Below, piece after piece: positions 55,205-64,000 of a stretch of DNA of 64,000 bases. The position numbers and the translations under genes are program-made. Position 1 is the stretch's first letter. Each line of letters begins with the position of its first letter. The stretch is from Candidatus Wolfebacteria bacterium (GTDB lineage: Bacteria > Patescibacteriota > Minisyncoccia > UBA6257 > UBA9933), in assembly GCA_016188075.1 (NCBI GenBank), contig JACPIO010000017.1, forward strand, positions 23,406 through 87,405. The letters are read 5' to 3'. Below the pieces are notes generated by a model. It ran no database searches. It was given only the letters and a program-made list of their open reading frames with translations, and had not been told where the DNA came from.

Positions 55205-56140
55205 TTAGTAGCAAATTTCACGGCCGGAAAATTTCGACTGGATTTTAATGACGCCGGCGCCGGGGACGACCTCGCCGATGATTTCGGCATCCAAAGAATG
55301 AAGCATCGGGAGGTATTGAATAGCGTCATATTTAGACATCCCCAAAATAAAACCAATGCCGCAGTTGAACGTTTGGTACATTTCCTCGTCGGTTATTCCG
55401 TGTCCGTAAATTTCATAAAATATCCGATGGGGCCGAAGGTTGTAATTAGAGCCGATGTTGATGTCGGCATCCGGCGGAAGAATATCTTTCAATTTCGTAA
55501 AAGCGCCGCCGGTTATATGCATCATTCCGTGGATATTGATTTTATCGAGGAGCGACCAAACATTTTTAAAATAGATTTTGGTCGGGAAAATAAATTCGGG
55601 CCGAGGCTCTTCGCCGAACAATTCCCGAACCTTGGTAAAACCATTCGAATGAAGACCATTGCTCGTGAACCCCACCAGAAGATCGCCGACTTGAAGCTCA
55701 TTCGCTTTTATTTCTTTCACGAAGCCAAGCATCGCGATACCGATCTCCAACCCTTCCTGGGTATCGTGAATAGCGGTTTCGCCGCGCGGAATCACAATTT
55801 GCCGCTCCCGACACTCCAAGACCAAACTGCTTAAAATTCCCAAAATGGCGTCCTTGTCGTCTCTGGGCAAAAAAACATGATCAATCAAGGCGTAAGGCAT
55901 CGCCCGCGCCATCAACATATCGTTTAAATTCATCGCCATGGCGTCAAGGACGGCGTTCTTAAAAGTTCGCCTCTTCCAGTGATAGATCCCCTTGGTGCCG
56001 ACGCCGTCCGCGTGGTGAAATTCCGGATAGAAAAATTTTTTGTAAAGCACGCCGTCTTTGACCAAGGCGTAGGGCGTTTCCCATGTTTGCCTCACCAAAG
56101 AGACAATCTCGTCTTTATAAGGCTTGGTCGGATTGTACAT
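55205..56140 (-). CDS. AIR-synthase-related (PurM-like) protein
   Basis: 311 aa; ADGVGTK motif and PurM-like N/C domains; cannot distinguish PurM from ThiL/HypE-like from sequence alone. Confidence 0.55.
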   Translation of the reverse strand: MYNPTKPYKDEIVSLVRQTWETPYALVKDGVLYKKFFYPEFHHADGVGTKGIYHWKRRTFKNAVLDAMAMNLNDMLMARAMPYALIDHVFLPRDDKDAILGILSSLVLECRERQIVIPRGETAIHDTQEGLEIGIAMLGFVKEIKANELQVGDLLVGFTSNGLHSNGFTKVRELFGEEPRPEFIFPTKIYFKNVWSLLDKINIHGMMHITGGAFTKLKDILPPDADINIGSNYNLRPHRIFYEIYGHGITDEEMYQTFNCGIGFILGMSKYDAIQYLPMLHSLDAEIIGEVVPGAGVIKIQSKFSGREICY

Positions 56141-59100
56141 TAAGAAATTTTTTTCAAGCCCATCCAGATTGGTTGATTTTCGAATTGAGTTTCGAGTTCC
56201 GCGTCAAATTTTTCTGATTTCCTAAACTCCACATTTTTCGCTCCGATTTTCAACTTAAATTGATTGACCTGCTTCCCGAGTGCTTCCCGGACCCACGGCG
56301 GCGCCTCGAGCCATAAATAAATTTTGTCTTTGGGCAAATAACCGGCCTTCTGCCGCAAATCCTGAACAATTCGAACAAAATCTCTTAAAATTCCTTCTTC
56401 GCGCAAGGCCGGAGTGATTTTCGTGTCCAGCTCGACCTCATTTTTAATTTTCGCATCGAAAATAATTTTTTTGACGTTAATTTCGTCGGCAAGAATTTTT
56501 AATAGTTCCTGATTTTTTCTAATTTCTAACTTCTCATTTTTAATTTCTAATTTCTGTAGCGGCTGCCTGATTTTGACCCTGGCTTGGGCCCGCGCTTCAA
56601 GCGCCAAAGAAGCAAGGCGCCGAATTTCTTTCATCTGATAAATCAGTTTTTTTTCGGATGGGCTTAATTTTTCTACCTTAGGCCAACCCGCCAAATGGAC
56701 CGATTCGTGATGCGCGCCCTCTGAATCCTTGTTTAATTTTAAATGCAAAAGGTCGGCCAAAAATGGCACAAAGGGCGCCGTGACTTTGGAAAGTTCGCTT
56801 AGAATAAATTGGGTCGTCGCGATTGCTTCTTTTTTATTTTTCGCGCCCCTTGAGCCATTGTCCGATTTAAATCTTTCGCGGGAGCGGCGGATGTACCACG
56901 TTGACAGGTCGTCGATAAAATCAGCGATGGGGCGAACCGCTTGGTCGAGTTCGTAACCATCCATAGCTTTTGAGACGGAACCAACCAACTCTTTAAGCCG
57001 CCCTAAAATCCATAAGTCTAAAAGATTTTTAGTCGTTTGTCGTTTGTCGTTAGTCGTTAGTATTTTCCGACCTGCGTAGATTTCGTAAAAACTAAAAACA
57101 TTTAAAAGCCGCAAAATTACTTTTTTATAAATTTCGTCCACTCCTTTTTCGGAAAAATTGAGATCTTCGGCGCGGACGGCCGGCGAAGATAAAAGATAGA
57201 AACGAAGAGTGTCAACGCCGTATTTAGCCACAATATCCATCGGGTCGGGGTAATTTTTAAGCCGTTTGCTCATTTTCTGGCCGTCTTCGGCGAGGACGAT
57301 ACCGTTTACAATCACATTTTTAAAAGCTGGCTTGCCAAAAAGAGACGTTCCTAAAACATGGAGCGTGTAGAACCAACCGCGAGTCATGTCAACTCCTTCG
57401 GCGATAAATTTCGCCGGAAAGTTCTTTTCGAATTTGGCTTTGTTTTCAAAAGGATAATGCGATTGGCCGTAGGGCATGGCGCCGGACTCAAACCAACAAT
57501 CAAAAACATACTCCACGCGCTTCATCTTGCTACCGCAGGAGCAATTAATCTCAAATTCATCAATATAAGGACGATGGAGGTCAAGCTCAAAATTATCGTT
57601 ATGCGGCAATGGAGAAAAATCCAGCCTCATCATTGCTCCGGTTTTTATAAAATCGTCTTCTTGCGCTTTTTTGATCACGACTGATTTTTTGTCGTCAGCG
57701 CCAATGGCGCCGGCCGCCATTAGCCAAATCGGATACTCGTGGCTCACAATTAAAATCTTTTTATTTTTATAACGGGAATTAATCTCATAAAGAAATTCTG
57801 TTACGCGGTTTTTCAGTTCGGTTAAATTTTCGCCTTGAGGAGGATTTTTCACGAATCTTTCTAAAAGAGGGGCGTAGGCGCGGTAATTCCGGATTGATTC
57901 GCCGTCAAACGCGCCCGTATTTACCTCGCGCAATCGCTTATCAAAAATAATTTTTTCTCTTGGCAGATTAAGCGCTTCTTTTAAGATAAAAGTTGTTTCT
58001 TTGGATCGGAAAAAGTCCGAAGAAAAAATTAAATCAATTTTTTCTTTTCGGAGTTTTTTGGCCGTCTCCCTAACCTCTTCGCGGCCGCGCGGAGTTAAAG
58101 GATACTTAGTGCTTTTTTTAACATCAGAACTTAAAACATTTAATACGTTGTGCCGAGCTTCGCCGTGCCGCATCAAAAAATATTGATTGTCGGATTTGGG
58201 AAGGGCATCCTTTAATTCCTGAAGCGAACCAATTATTTTAATTCCATTGCAGGATTTAGGATTTAGGATTTCGGATTTCCCTGCTTGGCAGCGCCAAACA
58301 GGGATGGGCGCTCCCCAATAGCGCGAACGGGAAATAGCCCAATCCGGCGCGTCCTCGAGCCCTCTGCCAAAACGACCATCTTTCAAGTGTTTCGGAACCC
58401 AATTTATTTTTTGATTATTGGAGAGCAAGTCATTTTTTATTGCCGTCACCTTCACAAACCAGGACGAGGCGGCATAATTCAAAAGAGGCGTTTCGCACCG
58501 CCAGCAATGCGGATAAGAATGAGTGATTCTTTCAGATTTAAAAAGCTTGTCTTTTTTTTCTAAAAGCTCAATGATTTTGTTGTCAGTGGACTCGTGCTCG
58601 CCCTTGGGTTTTACGGGCAAGCCGGAAAAATCTTTGACTTCCGGTTTGAACCTGCCGTCCATTCCCACGTGCTGAATAAAAGGCAGATCATATTTTTGGC
58701 CGAGGGCCATATCATCTGCTCCGAAAGCCGGTGCAATATGAACAATGCCCGTGCCTTCATCGGTTTTTACAAAATCCGCCGGATAAATCCTCCAACCATT
58801 TCTGCGTTGTTCTGCGTTTATTTCCGCGTCGTTCTGCGGTTTAGCATAATAGTCAAAAAGCGGTTTGTATTTTTTACCGATAAGATCGCGGGCGTCTACG
58901 CTTCGGACAATTTTATATTCTTTGCCAAAAACAGATTCTACGCGAGACTCGGCAAGAATATACGCGTTGCCGGGAATTTGCCCTTCGACTTTTACATATT
59001 TAACCTTTGGATTTACCGCGAGCGCCGCGTTGCCCGGCAGGGTCCAAGGAGTAGTGGTCCAAGCGAGTAAATAGTTTTTAGTTTTCGGTTTTTGGTTTTT

Positions 59101-59763
59101 GGTTTCTTCCAATTCAAATTCAACAATCACTGACGAATCCTCAATATCCTTATATCCCTGGGCCACCTCGAAATTGGAAAGGGTGGTTTCGCAGCGCGGA
59201 CAAATGTGCATTGACTTGTAGCCCTCGTAAATCAGTTTTTTGTCGTAAAGGGTCTTGAAAACCCACCAGACCGATTCGGTGTATTCCGAATCCATTGTCC
59301 GATAGTCATTTTCCATATCTACCCAACGGCCGATCCGCGGGATAATTTTTTTCCAGTCACTTACGTAGCGGAGCACTTCGTTCCGCGCCGCTTCGTTAAA
59401 TTTTCCGACGCCGAATTTTTCAATGTCTTTTTTAGTTTCGAGACTTAAATTCTGCTCGATGATATTTTCAATAGGCAAACCATGGCAATCCCAACCCCAT
59501 TTACGCTCCACGCGATAGCCTTTCATCGTTTGATAACGGGGGATAACGTCCTTAATCACGCTCGCCAAAATATGGCCGTAGTGCGGCAGGCCGGTCGCAA
59601 AAGGCGGGCCATCGTAGAAAACGTAGTCTTTCCGCGTTAATCCGCGTCCAGTCCGCGTAGTTCTGCTCTTGAAAGATTTCTCGAAAATCCGATGCTCCTG
59701 CCAGTATTTCAGGATTTTTTCCTCAAGTTCGAAGGGTTTAAGATTTTTAAGATCGCCAAACAT
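56140..59763 (-). CDS. ileS: isoleucine--tRNA ligase with an inserted histidine-phosphatase (PGAM-like) domain
   Basis: 1207 aa; HIGH (PHYGH), CP1 editing (TTTPWTLPGNAALAV), WRCETPLL..., KMSKR. An RHG phosphatase domain (LMRHGEARHN...ILIVSHEYP; about aa 527-718, nt ~57610-58185) lies between WGAPIPVWRC and DLHRPYIDEF. Several low-complexity in-frame insertions. Confidence 0.85.
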   Translation of the reverse strand: MFGDLKNLKPFELEEKILKYWQEHRIFEKSFKSRTTRTGRGLTRKDYVFYDGPPFATGLPHYGHILASVIKDVIPRYQTMKGYRVERKWGWDCHGLPIENIIEQNLSLETKKDIEKFGVGKFNEAARNEVLRYVSDWKKIIPRIGRWVDMENDYRTMDSEYTESVWWVFKTLYDKKLIYEGYKSMHICPRCETTLSNFEVAQGYKDIEDSSVIVEFELEETKNQKPKTKNYLLAWTTTPWTLPGNAALAVNPKVKYVKVEGQIPGNAYILAESRVESVFGKEYKIVRSVDARDLIGKKYKPLFDYYAKPQNDAEINAEQRRNGWRIYPADFVKTDEGTGIVHIAPAFGADDMALGQKYDLPFIQHVGMDGRFKPEVKDFSGLPVKPKGEHESTDNKIIELLEKKDKLFKSERITHSYPHCWRCETPLLNYAASSWFVKVTAIKNDLLSNNQKINWVPKHLKDGRFGRGLEDAPDWAISRSRYWGAPIPVWRCQAGKSEILNPKSCNGIKIIGSLQELKDALPKSDNQYFLMRHGEARHNVLNVLSSDVKKSTKYPLTPRGREEVRETAKKLRKEKIDLIFSSDFFRSKETTFILKEALNLPREKIIFDKRLREVNTGAFDGESIRNYRAYAPLLERFVKNPPQGENLTELKNRVTEFLYEINSRYKNKKILIVSHEYPIWLMAAGAIGADDKKSVVIKKAQEDDFIKTGAMMRLDFSPLPHNDNFELDLHRPYIDEFEINCSCGSKMKRVEYVFDCWFESGAMPYGQSHYPFENKAKFEKNFPAKFIAEGVDMTRGWFYTLHVLGTSLFGKPAFKNVIVNGIVLAEDGQKMSKRLKNYPDPMDIVAKYGVDTLRFYLLSSPAVRAEDLNFSEKGVDEIYKKVILRLLNVFSFYEIYAGRKILTTNDKRQTTKNLLDLWILGRLKELVGSVSKAMDGYELDQAVRPIADFIDDLSTWYIRRSRERFKSDNGSRGAKNKKEAIATTQFILSELSKVTAPFVPFLADLLHLKLNKDSEGAHHESVHLAGWPKVEKLSPSEKKLIYQMKEIRRLASLALEARAQARVKIRQPLQKLEIKNEKLEIRKNQELLKILADEINVKKIIFDAKIKNEVELDTKITPALREEGILRDFVRIVQDLRQKAGYLPKDKIYLWLEAPPWVREALGKQVNQFKLKIGAKNVEFRKSEKFDAELETQFENQPIWMGLKKIS

Positions 59764-60003
59764 AGCACACGAATAGCACTCGCTCGCACTTCATACTCGC
59801 GAAACACGAACGTGCCCACTCGAATAAGATTCTATAAAAATAGCGGAAAAATGAGAATTTGTCTAATTGAACTTTATTGGATTTTATGGAAAACAAAAGA
59901 GGGGTGAAAGGCAATAAGACAACGACACGCCCACAAGGGTCCCAAAATGTTTACCTCTTAAAAGATTAATCTTTTATAATATACAAACTTTTGGGGACAT
60001 TCT

Positions 60004-60912
60004 TTATTTTCTTCGCCTCCCGTGAAACGCTCGGTGAACTTCTTTCAACTCTTTATTAGTAATGTGAGTGTAAATTTGAGTGGTGGAAATGTTGGAGTGA
60101 CCCAAGAGTTCTTGAACTGAACGCAGATCCGCGCCGCCGATTAATAAATCCGTTGCGAATTGGTGGCGAAGCTGGTGCGGGGTAACGTGATCCGGAATAC
60201 CGGCTTTCCTTGTGTAAAAATTTACCAATCTCTGCACTGCCCGCGGAATAATCCGGCCTATCACCCTTGGTTGTTTGTTGTTAGTTGTTCGTTGTGAGTT
60301 TTTGCTCAAACTCACAAACATCGCTTCTTCGGCGTCACCTCTTTTATCCAAATAATTTTTGATGGCTTTTTTGGCCCGGTCGGAGAAAAAAACCACCCGC
60401 AATTTATCGCCTTTGCCCCGCACGCTGATTTCGCCTCTTTCCAAATCAAGATAGCGATTCAAACCGCAAAGTTCGGAAATCCGGAGGCCGGTGGAAAATA
60501 GAGTTTCCAAAATGGCTTTGTCCCGAAGCGAGCGCAAATCATTGCCCTTGGGTGCGTCCAGCAATCTTTCCAAATCTTTATATTCCAGGATTTCAATCTG
60601 GCGCTCCGGAATTTTCGGCAGTTCGATTTTATCAGGAGATAAAACCGGAATATCGCGCTTGATTAAATATTTTAAAAAACTCCGCAAAGCAATAATATAA
60701 TAGCTTTGGGTATTTTTTTTGATATTTCTTCGCGCTAAGTCGAGTCGAAAGTCGCGCACCGCCTCCGCCGTAACGTCTTTTTCATTTTTTATTTTCGCAA
60801 AATTTAAAAACGCCGCAAGATACCTTTCATAATTTTCCCGCGTTTTAATCGAACGATTTTTCTCGATTTCGAGGTAATTAAGGTAATCAATGAGAAGTTT
60901 ATTTATATCCAT
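60004..60912 (-). CDS. tyrosine recombinase XerC/XerD family
   Basis: 302 aa; ...LRISELCGL..., HQLRHQFATDLL, LGHSNISTTQIYTHI catalytic Tyr region. In-frame insertion at 60261-60310. Confidence 0.85.
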   Translation of the reverse strand: MDINKLLIDYLNYLEIEKNRSIKTRENYERYLAAFLNFAKIKNEKDVTAEAVRDFRLDLARRNIKKNTQSYYIIALRSFLKYLIKRDIPVLSPDKIELPKIPERQIEILEYKDLERLLDAPKGNDLRSLRDKAILETLFSTGLRISELCGLNRYLDLERGEISVRGKGDKLRVVFFSDRAKKAIKNYLDKRGDAEEAMFVSLSKNSQRTTNNKQPRVIGRIIPRAVQRLVNFYTRKAGIPDHVTPHQLRHQFATDLLIGGADLRSVQELLGHSNISTTQIYTHITNKELKEVHRAFHGRRRK

Positions 60913-61023
60913 AAGTCATGATTCAAGATTTATGATTTAGGATTTATGAAGAGATGTCGCACATTAATTTTAGCACATGCGAGTTTACTTATCTATCGAT
61001 TTGGTATTATTATGGAAATAACT

Positions 61024-62307
61024 ATGCGAGACAAAATTTTGAAAAAATTAGTGAGGGAAGAAGCAAGGCGGCAGGCGGAGACGCTTGACCTTATTCCCTC
61101 GGAAAACATTGTTTCCAAGGAAATTTTGCGGATTCTGGGGTCGCCCTTAACAAATAAATATTCCGAAGGGTACCCGGGAAAGCGCTATTATGCTGGCAAC
61201 AAAATCGTTGACGAGATCGAACTTCTGGCGCAGGAGCGGGCACGAAAGGTTTTTCGATTAGGGAAAAACTGGCATGTGAATGTTCAGCCGTATTCAGGAT
61301 CGCCGGCTAACGCCGCCGTGTATCTGGCGCTCCTCAAACCGAAAGACAAAATTATGGGAATGAATCTCTCCTCGGGCGGCCACCTTACCCATGGATCGCG
61401 CGTGAGCTTTTCCGGAAAATTTTTCACCTCTGTTCCATTTGACGTCGAGCGAGACGGATTTCTAAATTACAGCAATCTCCGAAAACTTGCCCGAAAAGAA
61501 AAACCAAAAATCATCGTGGCCGGATTTACCGCTTATCCACGCATTGTTGATTTCAAAAAATTTAGCGCGATCGCGAAGGAAATCGGTGCTTATTTAATGG
61601 TTGATATGGCGCATATTGCCGGGCTCGTAGCTTCAGGAGCGCATCCCTCGCCATTCCCTTACGCAGATGTAGTAACAACGACCACCCACAAAACTTTGCG
61701 CGGACCCAGAGGAGCAATCATATTTGTAAACAAAAATTCAAAATTCATTTTTGCGAAACAAATCCCCGGAGGGTCAAATCAAAAATCAAAATTATCAATC
61801 GCCGATGCGATTGATCGGGCGGTTTTCCCGGGTCTTCAGGGCGGCCCGCACGATAATCAGACTGCGGCTATTGCCCAATGTCTTTACGAAGCAATGCAAC
61901 CATCATTTAAAAAATACGGCTGGCAGATTGTCAAAAACGCCAAGGCGCTGGCTCGGGAATTAATAAAATTGGGTTTCAATTTGGTTTCCGGCGGCACGGA
62001 TAATCATTTAATGTTAATTGATTTAACCAATATGGGAATTTCCGGACGCGAGGCACAGGACGCACTCGAAGAAGTCGGGATTATTGTAAACAGGAATACT
62101 ATCCCTTATGACACCCGCTCGCCATTTGATCCATCCGGAATCAGAATCGGCACGCCGAGTTTAACCACGCGCGGAATGAAAGAAAGAGAAATGAAAAGAA
62201 TCGCGGAGCTAATTTATTTAACCCTGACCAAAAAAGAAAAACCGGCTCTAATCAAAAAAGAGATTCAAAAACTCTGCCAAAAATTTCCAATCGAGCGGCA
62301 GCTTTAA
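61024..62307 (+). CDS. glyA: serine hydroxymethyltransferase
   Basis: SHMT motifs (YSEGYPGKRYYAG, TTHKTLRGPRG). Start placed at MRDKILKK; in-frame A/T-rich insertion at about 61721-61800. Confidence 0.9.
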   Translation: MRDKILKKLVREEARRQAETLDLIPSENIVSKEILRILGSPLTNKYSEGYPGKRYYAGNKIVDEIELLAQERARKVFRLGKNWHVNVQPYSGSPANAAVYLALLKPKDKIMGMNLSSGGHLTHGSRVSFSGKFFTSVPFDVERDGFLNYSNLRKLARKEKPKIIVAGFTAYPRIVDFKKFSAIAKEIGAYLMVDMAHIAGLVASGAHPSPFPYADVVTTTTHKTLRGPRGAIIFVNKNSKFIFAKQIPGGSNQKSKLSIADAIDRAVFPGLQGGPHDNQTAAIAQCLYEAMQPSFKKYGWQIVKNAKALARELIKLGFNLVSGGTDNHLMLIDLTNMGISGREAQDALEEVGIIVNRNTIPYDTRSPFDPSGIRIGTPSLTTRGMKEREMKRIAELIYLTLTKKEKPALIKKEIQKLCQKFPIERQL

Positions 62308-62324
62308 AGCTACCGCTTTAAAAA

Positions 62325-63190
62325 ATGATTATTGACGGGAAAGCGATAGCGGAAAAAATTATCGCCGATTTAAAAAAACAACCAATTCCCAAAAAGATTC
62401 TGGCGGCGGTTTTGGTGGGCGAAAATGCGGCTTCGGTTTCATTTTTAAAACAAAAAGAAAAAATTGCCAAGGAATTAGGGGTAGATTTTAGAATTTATAA
62501 ACTTAGCGAAGGCCTGAAAAGCGACGGTCTGCGAAAGGAAGTTGGAAGAATCGCGAGGCAAAGTAGGGTGGGCGGGATTATCGTCCAATTACCTCTGCCT
62601 CAAGGCATAAACCGGCGATATGTTTTAAACGCCATTCCCTTGGAAAAAGACGTTGATGTTTTGAGCGAAAAAGCGCAGGAAGCGTTTCGGCTGGGAAAAA
62701 GCAAAATTTTGCCGCCGAAGCGTTTCGGCTGGGAAAAAGCAAAATTTTGCCGCCGGCAGTTGGCGTCGTTGAAGAAATTATTCATGCTTCAGGCTTCACG
62801 CTTCATGATTCACGAGTTGCCGTCGTGGGCCTTGGCTTTTTAGTTGGAAAGCCGATTTCCGAATGGCTTAGGGACAAAACCAAAGAATTGTATTTATTAG
62901 ATAAAGGCGATGATTTTTCTGTTTTGAAAAACGCTGACTTAGTGATTACTGGTGTTGGCCAAGCCGGAATTATAAAGCCCGAGATGTTAAAAGACGGCGC
63001 CGGCGTAGTTGATTTCGGGTACTCCATTGATACGGCCGGCAAAATCCACGGCGACTTCGACACTCAATTACCAGTTACTAATTACCAATTACTGCGTTTT
63101 TATACAAAAACTCCGGGCGGCACCGGCCCGATACTGGTCGCGAAACTTTTTGAGAATTTTTATAGTTTGTGCTTACATCAAAAATCTTAA
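62325..63190 (+). pseudogene. folD: methylenetetrahydrofolate dehydrogenase/cyclohydrolase FolD, frameshifted by a 38-bp tandem duplication
   Basis: Two track ORFs (62325..62843, 62747..63190) are both FolD-like. The unit gaagcgtttcggctgggaaaaagcaaaattttgccgcc is duplicated head-to-tail at 62669-62706 and 62707-62744. Removing one copy restores ...GKSKILPPAVGVVEEII.... Confidence 0.7.
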
Positions 63191-63259
63191 TTAATGAAGC
63201 ACAAAATATATCGCTGGCTACCTTAATTAAAACACTGAAAGCCAGCGATATAGGTTGAA

Positions 63260-64000
63260 TCAGGAAACGGTTTGAGTTTTCATCGCCGCCAGCGTTTTCT
63301 TTTTTATTTCCTCCAGAAGTTTTTTGTCTCCTTTTAATTTTTCGCGGCTGGCCTCCGCTCCAACTCCTAATTTTTCATTCTCGAAACTTAAAGTGTTGCC
63401 GGTTTTTTTAACAACCCCGGCCCTCAAAGCCACGTTCAAAACATCGCCTTCATAAGAAATCCCTTCGCCGTACATAATATCAAACTCGGCGATCTTGAAG
63501 GGCGGGGCCACCTTGTTCTTCGCCACTTTGGCGCGGGTGCGATTGCCAATGACGTCTTCGCCTTTTTTTATCTGGGCAATGCGTCTTAAATCAATTCTCA
63601 CTGACGCGTAAAATTTTAAGGCCCGGCCGCCCGGAGTGGTCGTCGGATCGCCATAACCCATCATTCCGATTTTATCCCGAAGCTGGTTTATAAAAATAAT
63701 CAAGGTGTTGGCGCGGTCGGCGATGGCCGTGATTTTGCGAAGACATTGACTCATCATCCGCGCCTGAAGTCCGATAAACTGGGCGCCCATTTCGCCTTCA
63801 ATTTCGGCCTTGGGAGTCAAAGCCGCGACCGAGTCAACAACCACAATGTCAATCATTTGCGACCGGACCAAACTTTCCAAGATATTTAAAGCGTCTTCCC
63901 CGGAATCCGGCTGGGAAATGATAAGATCACTAAGCTTCACTCCTAATTTTTGGGCGTACTCGGGATCCAAGGCGTGCTCCGCGTCAATGTAAGCGGCTTT
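63260..64000 (-). CDS. recA: recombinase RecA (N-terminus beyond window end)
   Basis: C-terminal two-thirds of RecA (…[11 protein letters not shown]…[20 protein letters not shown]…); homology continues to the last nt (…[10 protein letters not shown]). Confidence 0.9.
   Translation of the reverse strand, partial: KAAYIDAEHALDPEYAQKLGVKLSDLIISQPDSGEDALNILESLVRSQMIDIVVVDSVAALTPKAEIEGEMGAQFIGLQARMMSQCLRKITAIADRANTLIIFINQLRDKIGMMGYGDPTTTPGGRALKFYASVRIDLRRIAQIKKGEDVIGNRTRAKVAKNKVAPPFKIAEFDIMYGEGISYEGDVLNVALRAGVVKKTGNTLSFENEKLGVGAEASREKLKGDKKLLEEIKKKTLAAMKTQTVS

Noticed and set aside
57610-58185. Intein in ileS
   Set aside because: The inserted domain has RHG phosphatase motifs. It lacks intein blocks: no Cys/Ser at its N-terminal junction followed by Hint motifs, and no C-terminal HN plus Cys/Ser/Thr.

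Overview
This is a low-GC (~43%) bacterial chromosome segment with compact, mostly housekeeping content. The gene repertoire (PolX, TrbC/VirB2-like pilin paralogs, free-standing LAGLIDADG and GIY-YIG nucleases, giant surface protein, few biosynthetic genes) suggests a Candidate Phyla Radiation (Patescibacteria)-like organism; that is inference. Recognisable genes are rny, hup, an ECF sigma factor, secG, gyrA, parB, rel/spoT, topA, dprA, a Clp-family ATPase, polX, two Nudix, rplT-rpmI-infC, ssrA (tmRNA)-smpB, argS, guaA, msrA, a disrupted ppsA, glycerate kinase, a ROK kinase, two glycoside hydrolases, a purM-like gene, ileS, xerC/D, glyA, folD and recA, plus six tRNAs. The features that stand out are: (1) a ~135-nt structured repeat in four co-oriented copies with compensatory changes in its hairpins; (2) two loci in which a TrpR-like (YerC/YecD) regulator gene sits inside an array of its own distinct palindromes (8x GCTACGTTTAAACGTAGC; 4x CTGTATAG-N4-CTATACAG); (3) a tRNA-Ile gene nested inside the D-loop of a second, interrupted tRNA-Ile-like gene, both insertions bounded by inverted repeats; (4) families of short AT-rich or low-complexity elements inserted in frame into conserved genes (gyrA, topA, folD, polX, ileS, ppsA, dprA, xerC, glyA), reminiscent of Rickettsia palindromic elements; (5) an IleRS carrying an inserted histidine-phosphatase (PGAM-like) domain; (6) GC-rich, probably horizontally acquired islets (SPFH operon, guaA, a small ORF); (7) a tandem array of five pilin-like paralogs next to a 1606-aa surface protein; (8) a ppsA missing its phospho-histidine core and a folD frameshifted by a 38-bp tandem duplication. 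No CRISPR array, integrase or rRNA is present.
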